Of a stretch of 64,000 nt of DNA, positions 8,853 to 17,191 are shown in pieces. Made by a program: the position numbers and the translations under genes. How positions within the stretch are numbered: position 1 is the stretch's first letter; each line of letters starts with the position of its first letter. The notes under the pieces were generated by a model, which was given only the letters and a program-made list of their open reading frames with translations, did not search any database and had not been told where the DNA came from. The stretch comes from a virus, in the IMG/VR virus record IMGVR_UViG_3300037234_000438, positions 15,212 to 79,211 of that record. One strand, 5' to 3'.

Positions 8853-9023
8853 AACCAAGGATTATACGGACTCTGATTCCGTGTAGCAATATTATTGAAA
8901 TAGAGGTGAAACCTTACAGGCCATAGTTAGAAAGGTTTAAACAATCAATTCAAATTACGGACATGAGGAAAAAAGGGGGGGGTGATGCTTATGGAATAGC
9001 CAGATGATTAAGAGATAAATGGT

Positions 9024-9057
9024 GGGCGGAGAGGGCTTGCCACATCCCTCTCCGCCC
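9024..9057. terminator. GC-rich hairpin at the convergence of the + block and the late operon
   Basis: GGGCGGAGAGGG/CCCTCTCCGCCC 12-bp stem; no clear U tract. Confidence 0.55.
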
Positions 9058-9064
9058 GATTAAG

Positions 9065-9562
9065 TTAAAACCCTTGAATCTTCTCATCGATCTCCATAAT
9101 CAATAAAAGACCTTCCTGCCACGACTCAACGGCAAGGTCCAATCTGTCAGTGTTCAAGTAGCCTTCCGTTTTTAAAACAATAATCTCAATCGTCTCCACT
9201 TCGTCTTGGTAAGAAGAAGATAGTCTTCCCGTATTAATAAAATGCTTAGCGGCCCTTACGAGAAGTTTCCCGTCTTTTATTTTTTCTTTGTATACCTCGA
9301 TCTTGGCTTCCCTGATTGTTTGTTTCTTTTCAACTTCCGTCATTCCCGACAAATCTTTGATGACTACCGGTTGGGCGCAGCCCGCGATGATGGCGATAAG
9401 AATCAGCGGGATCACCTTCTTTCCTTTCGAGATAATCTGCTTCAACATCCTGACAATAAGTCCGAGAACTGTGTTATTTTTAAATCGATCAATACCCCCA
9501 AGGCCTTCCGATGCTGCCAGCGCTATAGCCAGCGCTATCGATATCAATTCTGCTGTTTCCAT
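9065..9562 (-). CDS. lysis-associated membrane protein with internal lipobox (holin/spanin-like)
   Basis: N-terminal TM; internal KKVIPLILIAIIAGC; directly after endolysin. Confidence 0.55.
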   Translation of the reverse strand: METAELISIALAIALAASEGLGGIDRFKNNTVLGLIVRMLKQIISKGKKVIPLILIAIIAGCAQPVVIKDLSGMTEVEKKQTIREAKIEVYKEKIKDGKLLVRAAKHFINTGRLSSSYQDEVETIEIIVLKTEGYLNTDRLDLAVESWQEGLLLIMEIDEKIQGF

Positions 9563-9584
9563 GTCGCCCTCCATTAAAGTTTAT

Positions 9585-10010
9585 CTATTCTGGTGCCCCA
9601 GTTCGCATCTGTTCTGCCAATTCATCCGCTCTCGACTTCACTTGTCTCGCCCACCGGGAATCAAGCATCTCTTTTGCTGCAGCATCAAAATCACCGGCTT
9701 CAATGGCCGCCCACATTTTCTTGAAGCTCCTCAGTCGAGAGATCCCCATGTTAAAGCACATATTAACCAGCACTTCGTAGCGAATGAGGCTTACCCTTAA
9801 GGCCATAGGGAAAAAAGTTTCGAGGTCGGCCTGCGCTCGCTCGATGTCATTTAATAGCATTAAGGTGGCCTCTCTTTCTGAGATACCACCGCCAAGATCG
9901 GGATCGATTAATCTGCCGAAGCCTATGGTTAGATATCCGAGAGAGTCTTTGTAGGCGTGTGGCGTCATGCCTTCATGTCGTTTTATTTGTTCTATTAAAT
10001 TATGGCTCAC
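9585..10010 (-). CDS. endolysin, GH24 (T4-lysozyme-like)
   Basis: HEG..YKDSLGYLTIGFG (E-D-T triad); NMCFNMG; MLDSRWARQV..RA. Confidence 0.9.
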   Translation of the reverse strand: MSHNLIEQIKRHEGMTPHAYKDSLGYLTIGFGRLIDPDLGGGISEREATLMLLNDIERAQADLETFFPMALRVSLIRYEVLVNMCFNMGISRLRSFKKMWAAIEAGDFDAAAKEMLDSRWARQVKSRADELAEQMRTGAPE

Positions 10011-10623
10011 AATAGGTCTCCTTATTTATAATTCGCCTTATCACATAACAGCCAACTGCGTATTTATTAGCCAGAAAGAGAATTGACGAGCCATGCTCTT
10101 CTTTTTCTCGCCTTATATTTATGGCATCTTGGTAGCTTAGCTTTCTTTTTAACTTATTGTTTTCAATACACACTTTCCTGGAAGTATCTCTTGTTTTTTG
10201 AGACACTTTGGTAATGCCAATGCGATATCCATGCTTTTTATTTTCCGAGCCAGTTACCCACTCAAGGTTTGCCACGTAATTGTTGCCAGTATTGCCATCC
10301 TTGTGGTTAACTTGAGGCTTGTTTGTGGGGTTGGGAATAAATGCAGTTGCGACCAATCGATGAACTGACTTGCTCTCAGATCCGCTTTTCCTTAAGACTA
10401 CAGCTAAATATTTCCTATTCCTACCTCTACCGCTAGGCTTTAAAAATAAGCCATTTCTGTTTATATTTGACTTGGATGGATAACTCCAAATCCTGCCAAA
10501 ATTTGTGACACAATATAAATTTTCATACCCTGGGATATCCTTAACAATTTCTCCTTCGCGTAAGTCCAATAGCTCCTCCTTAACGTTTGCTCCAATAGTA
10601 GCGCATTTTACTGCCGGAGTCAA
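10000..10623 (-). CDS. NUMOD4-HNH homing endonuclease
   Basis: DIPGYENLY..NFGRI; VHRLVA.AF; VNHKDGN..NN...NLEW. Confidence 0.9.
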   Translation of the reverse strand: MTPAVKCATIGANVKEELLDLREGEIVKDIPGYENLYCVTNFGRIWSYPSKSNINRNGLFLKPSGRGRNRKYLAVVLRKSGSESKSVHRLVATAFIPNPTNKPQVNHKDGNTGNNYVANLEWVTGSENKKHGYRIGITKVSQKTRDTSRKVCIENNKLKRKLSYQDAINIRREKEEHGSSILFLANKYAVGCYVIRRIINKETYCEP

Positions 10624-10655
10624 TGCAACTAAGGATTTAGCGTTGTCCCCTCCCG

Positions 10656-10946
10656 TCAGTCCCTACTCTTTACTCTTCTATTAACGAAATCATCCATTCG
10701 CTCGTGAACCCCTTTAATGTCGCCCCTTGTCTCCCTGAAGCCATCTTCTATAGCTTTTCTCATGTCGCTTATCGCTTGTTCCTGCTTGTCTTGATCGCGA
10801 TAATACTCTTTCGTTGGCACGCATGACTCCTTGATCTTGTTTATTCGCTTATGAATATTTAGCGTATTTTTGACGTAGGCAAACAACACTGTTAGGCCTG
10901 CCCCTCCCATAACAAAATCTATTAGGTCCTGACCCTTTTCAGGCAT
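10656..10946 (-). CDS. putative holin (single TM + coiled coil)
   Basis: N-terminal hydrophobic helix; position upstream of endolysin. Confidence 0.5.
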   Translation of the reverse strand: MPEKGQDLIDFVMGGAGLTVLFAYVKNTLNIHKRINKIKESCVPTKEYYRDQDKQEQAISDMRKAIEDGFRETRGDIKGVHERMDDFVNRRVKSRD

Positions 10947-10962
10947 AGCACTCTCCGGTTGT

Positions 10963-11349
10963 TTATGTTGTTTTTTGCAGGTTTCTAATCGTCATGTCAA
11001 TAATGTATTTCCCGTTTTTTGCTCCGGAGTTATATGTCCATTCGAAGACAGCACGATGGTCTTCAGTGCTGAGATTGCTGTTCTCTATCACTGTGTCCTC
11101 AGGTTGAACGCTCCATGTCACAAGACCGTCTTCATCAACGGTAACATTGTTGTCGTTTTTAACATCCTGTCCTTCACGGCTATTGATAATTGGGTAGGCG
11201 TCTCCACTGATGGAGAAGAGCGTCAACGTTAAAGTGGTAAGACTTGAAGCTGGAACAGCTACATCATCCTCATCTTTTAATGTAGCCGTTATCTTAGAAG
11301 TGGTCTCCTCGTAGATTATGTCGTCTAGTACTATTCTGTTCTCGGCCAT
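10963..11349 (-). CDS. virion protein, BppU-N/Ig-like
   Basis: Beta-rich; G.VTW..QPEDT motif; in tail region. Confidence 0.45.
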   Translation of the reverse strand: MAENRIVLDDIIYEETTSKITATLKDEDDVAVPASSLTTLTLTLFSISGDAYPIINSREGQDVKNDNNVTVDEDGLVTWSVQPEDTVIENSNLSTEDHRAVFEWTYNSGAKNGKYIIDMTIRNLQKTT

Positions 11350-11401
11350 TGGTAACACCTATAAATTAAGTCGTTAATGGTGGGTTCGTGTCAATGAACT
11401 C

Positions 11402-11635
11402 TTATATCTCTGAGTTGCTTTCTGTGTCCGTTAGCTTGGGGATTAACAAGGCCACCCCTGACAGTTTTGCCTGCGATATAGTCATGCCAGCAAGTGTAGA
11501 CTGAACAATCTGCACGTTTGTCATTTTTACCCCAAAGATATCCGATACGAGACCGTAGTCTGGCCAATAATCTTCTGCCCAATAAGAATCGGTCCAATAA
11601 GTTGTCGGCCAGTATCCTGGAGCTAAAAGACTCAT
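11402..11635 (-). CDS. small putative virion protein with (YWxxx)4 repeat
   Basis: GYWPTTYWTDSYWAEDYWPDYG; TAATG coupling. Confidence 0.6.
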   Translation of the reverse strand: MSLLAPGYWPTTYWTDSYWAEDYWPDYGLVSDIFGVKMTNVQIVQSTLAGMTISQAKLSGVALLIPKLTDTESNSEI

Positions 11636-14427
11636 TACGTACCATCTAGTGTAATTGCAGTCCTATTTCCATTTATATCAACTGTCGCAGTTACCCTAGC
11701 TTTACTATCAGCAACGTCCTGCATTGTGATCGTAGCTGTGCCCCCTCCTGCTGACTTGCCAGCTAATACCGCAAGACCAATTCTGAGGATTTGCCTTAGT
11801 GTGAGAGTTCCTTCCACTACTTCATCCAACACTGCGTCAATTCCTGCTGCGGACAATGCATAGCCTGTTTTATCAGAATTGGTAGTTACTGTTACAGATG
11901 TTCCATCTATGTCGTTAAACCCCGTGACTCCAACACCTTTAGCGAGAACTATATTAGTGCCAGATGTTAATACTCTTGTTGCTACCGCCCACACATCAGC
12001 CGCCGAATGAGTGGAGCCCCCATACTCACTTAAAGCCGTATCCATTTCTGATTTTATGGATGATATTGCGTGAATATGCCTCATAGTCAATGCGATTTTT
12101 GATGCATCATCAGGCGCAGATGTAAAAGGTTCATCTACAGTCATAAGCCCCGTTGTTGTGTTATATGCTTTTACTACTCGCGGTTGCCATTGATCTGCTA
12201 CTAGTTCTACTGCTATTTCGGTGTCACGAAAGAAGTTCGTTCCGTAACCCGTCAGGGTTGTGATAAAGCTTGTCGTAGTAGCACCGGCATCGTTTACAGC
12301 ACCCTCAACTACATATACGGCACTCAAACCTTTCAGTCGCTTCCCGGCCATGCCGTCCGTATAAGCTGTTAATGTATCCGTCCAATTTGCTCTCGCCATG
12401 GCTAAAGCAAATAGAGAATCAAATAACACTAAATCAAGACCAGTTGCGCTAACGCTAAATCCTGTCTTGTCGATGACATTGCAATCAAGCTGATTTGCAA
12501 CGGTGAAGACCATTTGATCTGTGATTGCTCTTATGGAATCAAGAAGATCCTTTAAAGCCCCAAGGCCATCCGTTGCATTGCTCAAATCTGTCTGTATTCC
12601 ATCCGTAACAGCCGGTAAATTTGCTGCATCCAGTTCCGCCAATCTTCCCTCAGTACAAATGCTCGCAAGTGCTACATTGGCGGAAACGCGGTTTAATAGT
12701 GTTGCCACATTCATGATAAGGGTATTGAGATCATCAGAATTAGAATCCATCTCTATCCTAATCTCTGCGGCCGTTGGGTCATTTAGATTGCTTATCTGTT
12801 TCGTGGTATACCCTGTATCAATAATTGTTACATTTTCACCAGACGCATCTACATAAGGCTTGCCCGCACCACGAATATCTACAGTACCGCCCGTACCATT
12901 TATGGTAACTGTACCCATATCGGGGCCACCGATTGACATTACATCACCAGCCGCCATATTGGTAATACTGTATCCTCCTGAAGCATTCTTGATGGACATA
13001 TTTGTTCCACCAATAGCGACATTCATATCAATCGGAAATTGGGCTGCCCCCGGAGTTCTTGTCCGACAATTGTTTAAATAAAAATTACCAGTACTCCTTA
13101 CCGTAAGACCTCCTTCCAGCCAACAGTCACGCATAATAAATGGATCTAAAGTCACTATGCCTACGGGACATGATTCAAAGATTGGCTTATTGGTCGATGC
13201 TATACCCTCGCCTGATATCTCCCCACTTACAACGTGCAGTCCATCAATAATTTGACCGTCAAAATCCACAGTATATCCAGCGCCAATTAACTCCATGCTG
13301 GATGAGTCTGACGTTAATATAATATCAGTCCCAGCCGCTACTCTTACTCGATCAAGCCCAACAGAGGTCCTTAACGCGAGTATTGATGCCCACACTGATA
13401 CGGGATGGTCTGCATATCCATCAAAGAACGGCGTAGTACCTGTGTTTGACTTATTACCATTAAGCCACAACGCCCCATCTGCATATCCTACCGATCTTGA
13501 TGTTGACATACCATATGCAACTGCGACATTTACTGTGAGAGTAGCGCTAGATAACCCTGTTCCGGTGATTCTTGTTTGTAGCAGGCCATCTTTTGTATAC
13601 TGAGTAACTGTTATTTTATCAAGTGTCACATAATTCAGTGAGTTAGACCCATCTATTGTGCCGAAACTAATAAACGATAAACCATCCTGATCATATATCT
13701 GAAAATCAAGATCATCAGTAACACCTTGAGCTGCGGCAATCAGTATAAACTGAATAACCTCTGTGTCTTTTTCTAGCTGATAATCAAAATCAACTGTTAG
13801 TATCCCAGCATCATCATCTAACGTGTATACATCCGCATCATCGTTTGCTAAATCACTTGCTGTCCCACTTGGATTTGTGCCTGTTACAACAGTTATGGTG
13901 GTTGGCACAAACGGTCTAGCACCAACACCAGGGGCAGCTATTAAGGCTGATATGTTGTTATTAATAGCCTCGTTGCCAAATGTTGTATCTGCCACTATGC
14001 CACCAACAGTATCAAGCTTGCCGTCATGCGTTGCCAGTGAATCAGCTGTTGCTGGGGCATCAGTCAATTGCACTTCGAGCGGCAATTCAGCCATATTTGT
14101 TGCGCCACCAAGCCCAATAGACACAGCATCGGCACCTGAAGCATATAAATCATTATGAAAGTGAAGTTCATAATATCCGGTTGGCGCGTTTGCGGGTGTA
14201 CCTATCCTAACCTTACCTACAGCACTTGGGGCTTGATATGTCCCTTCTGTTGCAACATTCTCATCCACCGCTAAAGCAACCCCCAGCCCACCCATCCTAT
14301 TAAAAAAACCTACCATGCCTGATGTTTGGTCTAAACTTCCGAGTCCCGCTCCCGTCGTAGAGGAAGAGTCCTGAATAAATACTACCAAGATTAAAGAAGT
14401 CGACCCTTTTACAAATGAAAACTTCAT
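11635..14427 (-). CDS. 930-aa tail fibre/spike-like virion protein
   Basis: G/T/A/D-rich multi-domain protein in the distal late operon. Confidence 0.6.
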   Translation of the reverse strand: MKFSFVKGSTSLILVVFIQDSSSTTGAGLGSLDQTSGMVGFFNRMGGLGVALAVDENVATEGTYQAPSAVGKVRIGTPANAPTGYYELHFHNDLYASGADAVSIGLGGATNMAELPLEVQLTDAPATADSLATHDGKLDTVGGIVADTTFGNEAINNNISALIAAPGVGARPFVPTTITVVTGTNPSGTASDLANDDADVYTLDDDAGILTVDFDYQLEKDTEVIQFILIAAAQGVTDDLDFQIYDQDGLSFISFGTIDGSNSLNYVTLDKITVTQYTKDGLLQTRITGTGLSSATLTVNVAVAYGMSTSRSVGYADGALWLNGNKSNTGTTPFFDGYADHPVSVWASILALRTSVGLDRVRVAAGTDIILTSDSSSMELIGAGYTVDFDGQIIDGLHVVSGEISGEGIASTNKPIFESCPVGIVTLDPFIMRDCWLEGGLTVRSTGNFYLNNCRTRTPGAAQFPIDMNVAIGGTNMSIKNASGGYSITNMAAGDVMSIGGPDMGTVTINGTGGTVDIRGAGKPYVDASGENVTIIDTGYTTKQISNLNDPTAAEIRIEMDSNSDDLNTLIMNVATLLNRVSANVALASICTEGRLAELDAANLPAVTDGIQTDLSNATDGLGALKDLLDSIRAITDQMVFTVANQLDCNVIDKTGFSVSATGLDLVLFDSLFALAMARANWTDTLTAYTDGMAGKRLKGLSAVYVVEGAVNDAGATTTSFITTLTGYGTNFFRDTEIAVELVADQWQPRVVKAYNTTTGLMTVDEPFTSAPDDASKIALTMRHIHAISSIKSEMDTALSEYGGSTHSAADVWAVATRVLTSGTNIVLAKGVGVTGFNDIDGTSVTVTTNSDKTGYALSAAGIDAVLDEVVEGTLTLRQILRIGLAVLAGKSAGGGTATITMQDVADSKARVTATVDINGNRTAITLDGT

Positions 14428-15518
14428 CCGTTCATACCTCCATTCATTCCTGGATGGTTTTTTACCCCACCCCCTACGCCACCGGCTCCATCGTCAAACT
14501 GATCAATCAAGAGCCCGAAAGTAGGCCGTCTCGTTGTCGTGTCTGTCCAGTCCCCTTCTACTGTTGGGTTATTTGCTTCTGTGTAGTGAAAATCCTGCCC
14601 TCCGGTCATTGCGTCCATAATTGCCACGGTATCAACATCTACATGATACAGCCTTATGTTGCCGCCCCCTTTTGGCACTAAAACAAGTCTATAATAAGTG
14701 TCTGCCGCAAAGGTCTTAAACTCATAAAATTTGTGGACATGAAATCTGATTCCGTTTGTTTGTCTAATATCAGTATCTATTGTGTAAAGAGTTGTAAAAG
14801 AGCTGCCACCTTCGACAACTTTAACGTCACAATCACCGTCCACGTCTAAGCCGGTAATCCAAAAACCAGCGGCCCTAAAAGGAAAAGAGGTTTTAAATTT
14901 CAAACCCCGATTATTAGGGTTTGATGAAGAATTATAAATATTGTTACCAATAGCCGAGACCGGAAGACCGACCACCTCCTCATAGCTTCCATCACTATAT
15001 TCAAGGGCTAGTAAAATCCCTCGAATCTGTTTAGTCCACGAACCGGTGTTAAGATTAGAATAAGGAAAACCTTGCCCTCCTGACCCCTGCAACCACGGCC
15101 CATCAGCTATCGTCGCAATGTTAATGTCTCCGAAGCTGGTACCAGGATTGACAAATACGGCATTATACTCTACGCCTTGAGTGACGCTTGCATTCGCTGT
15201 TAGCGCAGGAGTAAACCATGTATTATCATCAGTATCTTGTATTACCTGAGCAGCGTTTGAGTTCGCACTAATCAATGTTCCAGTCGGATCTCCGTTTGTT
15301 GAGTCCATCGTTTCTAATCGCACGTCTATAGTCGCGCCCGTTAGGACTGTGCCTGTTCTAAACCCAACTTTTGCTACATCTCCAGTCTTAGGCGCCTGAA
15401 AACAGAAAGCAATTTTTTCATTCGCAGCATCAATTTTTAAAATATCTGTAATTTGTAAAAAATCAACGGGTATAATCGGTGGGAACGGAACCGTTCCCTG
15501 AAAAGGCACTAGTGTCAT
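14424..15518 (-). CDS. beta-rich virion / receptor-binding-like protein
   Basis: Composition and position; ATGA coupling. Confidence 0.5.
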   Translation of the reverse strand: MTLVPFQGTVPFPPIIPVDFLQITDILKIDAANEKIAFCFQAPKTGDVAKVGFRTGTVLTGATIDVRLETMDSTNGDPTGTLISANSNAAQVIQDTDDNTWFTPALTANASVTQGVEYNAVFVNPGTSFGDINIATIADGPWLQGSGGQGFPYSNLNTGSWTKQIRGILLALEYSDGSYEEVVGLPVSAIGNNIYNSSSNPNNRGLKFKTSFPFRAAGFWITGLDVDGDCDVKVVEGGSSFTTLYTIDTDIRQTNGIRFHVHKFYEFKTFAADTYYRLVLVPKGGGNIRLYHVDVDTVAIMDAMTGGQDFHYTEANNPTVEGDWTDTTTRRPTFGLLIDQFDDGAGGVGGGVKNHPGMNGGMNG

Positions 15519-15610
15519 TACAGTCTAAAGACCTCGGATTCTTTTGTAACAGTTAAATGAATATGACCCCCACCAGGGCATGTGTTTATATTTGATATTG
15601 TTAATTCCAT
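15518..15610 (-). CDS. 30-aa ORF, probably a gene remnant (MELTISNINTCPGGGHIHLTV...)
   Basis: GGGAG upstream; TAATG coupling to next gene; not in ORF track. Confidence 0.35.
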   Translation of the reverse strand: MELTISNINTCPGGGHIHLTVTKESEVFRL

Positions 15611-15687
15611 ATAATTATCGTAGCTCCCTACCTTGAATCTCCACCTTAAGCTTTTCTATTTCTGCATTCTTCTCTTGAAGCGACTTT

Positions 15688-16074
15688 TTAAACTTTACCG
15701 TCTCCCACAAACAACGCCTCGATGGTCATCAGACCACCTATGGAGACGTCGATATCCTTAGCATCAAGCTCATTCTCGAGCTCTTCCATGGTAACGCCTG
15801 GGTCTGTCACCTCAACTACGTCCTGAAGCGTCTCAGCCCATTCTCTTTTATATTCCTCGGCACTCTCAGCTTTTATTGCGAGCCTTCCTTCGCTATCCTT
15901 CTCGCCCAGGCGCTCGAATAGCTTCTTCTGGACGTCAGCCATGTCCTCAACGTGCTGGTCGATTGATCGAATGAAGGGTCTTAGCCGCCTTGCCATCTTG
16001 CTTGCGATTGGAGCCTGCTTGAGAGTCGTTAGTGCCGGTACTGCGTTGTTGATTGTTCCAAGCTTTACGTTCAT
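15688..16074 (-). CDS. DUF1617-like small protein after tail fibre
   Basis: Helical 128 aa; AACCAGGGAG RBS; typical position. Confidence 0.5.
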   Translation of the reverse strand: MNVKLGTINNAVPALTTLKQAPIASKMARRLRPFIRSIDQHVEDMADVQKKLFERLGEKDSEGRLAIKAESAEEYKREWAETLQDVVEVTDPGVTMEELENELDAKDIDVSIGGLMTIEALFVGDGKV

Positions 16075-16105
16075 TGTGTTCTCCCTGGTTATTATTTTTA
16101 AAATG

Positions 16106-17179
16106 TTAAGCTATGTAAGTTATTGTTATCCATCCACGGTTGTAACTTGTTGCATCAAAAAGCGCGTCACCATCAAAAAACCCTCCGGTCAACCTAAACA
16201 AGCGAATATTGGTAGTGCTAATCCAATCAACAAAGCCTTGAGGGCTGGCGTCTGTTGCGTCCACTCCTCTGTTTAACTTGTATTGGTTTGTCCCGGTGTC
16301 AGTACGAATCATTACGCTTACCGTGAGGATGTTGCTTAAAGTTAAGCCATGAGTCACTGTCGCAGAGGTGAACCCATCCATATTCCAATCGCCAATATCG
16401 ATAACTTTAGTTTTTAAGGTATTGGTGCCATCTGTCTGGATACCGCCAGAAGCAATTAGTGCGTTGGTAAGAGTAATGCCGCTGGAAACGATTAAATCAT
16501 TAGTGATCGTCACGTCAGACCCAGAATTGCCAATGGTTAGATCACCAGCACTATCAACCGTAAAGCTGCTATAAACACCGCCATCAGTATAGGTAAGCCT
16601 AAGTTGTTCTGTAGTAGAAAGAATGTCTAATTTAGCATCAGGGCCGGATGTTCCGATGCCTACAGCGCCAACGCTCCCATCAACAAAAAGCAATCTATTA
16701 TTCTTTCCATCATAGATCCCAAAATCCCTGAAGCGGGTTGTGCCCCCATTATATCCAGAATAATTCATCCTCAGCTCTTCAGAATCATTATCACCGGAAG
16801 ATAAATAAATTTCTTTGTTGCTAGGCTTTAAAACTATATCGTTTGTCGCGTTAGTGAGAAACAATAAGTCGTTGGCTTCATCGTAATAGGAATTACTTCC
16901 TAGATATATTTTCCCTGGCGTGGCGTGAGAAGTGGAATATAATATGAGGTCTCCACCTGAGGCCGCGCTACCATACACGTTAAACGTTAATGGGTCCCAT
17001 GACGCACCGTTGTACTTCTCAAATCGATTATTTGAAGCGTTAAAGCCTATCGCATCAGTTGGAACGTTTGTTGAGCTGGTGCCATCAAACATTAATGCCA
17101 GATCGGTATCGCGATCTTTTAAGTATGTTAAAAAATTAGTGTATGTGTCCGTCAGTGCGGGCGTGTCCCAATCTGCCAT
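16106..17179 (-). CDS. tail fibre protein
   Basis: VGIGTSGPDAKLDI fibre repeat; follows gpJ. Confidence 0.7.
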   Translation of the reverse strand: MADWDTPALTDTYTNFLTYLKDRDTDLALMFDGTSSTNVPTDAIGFNASNNRFEKYNGASWDPLTFNVYGSAASGGDLILYSTSHATPGKIYLGSNSYYDEANDLLFLTNATNDIVLKPSNKEIYLSSGDNDSEELRMNYSGYNGGTTRFRDFGIYDGKNNRLLFVDGSVGAVGIGTSGPDAKLDILSTTEQLRLTYTDGGVYSSFTVDSAGDLTIGNSGSDVTITNDLIVSSGITLTNALIASGGIQTDGTNTLKTKVIDIGDWNMDGFTSATVTHGLTLSNILTVSVMIRTDTGTNQYKLNRGVDATDASPQGFVDWISTTNIRLFRLTGGFFDGDALFDATSYNRGWITITYIA

Positions 17180-17191
17180 CTCATTTCTCCC

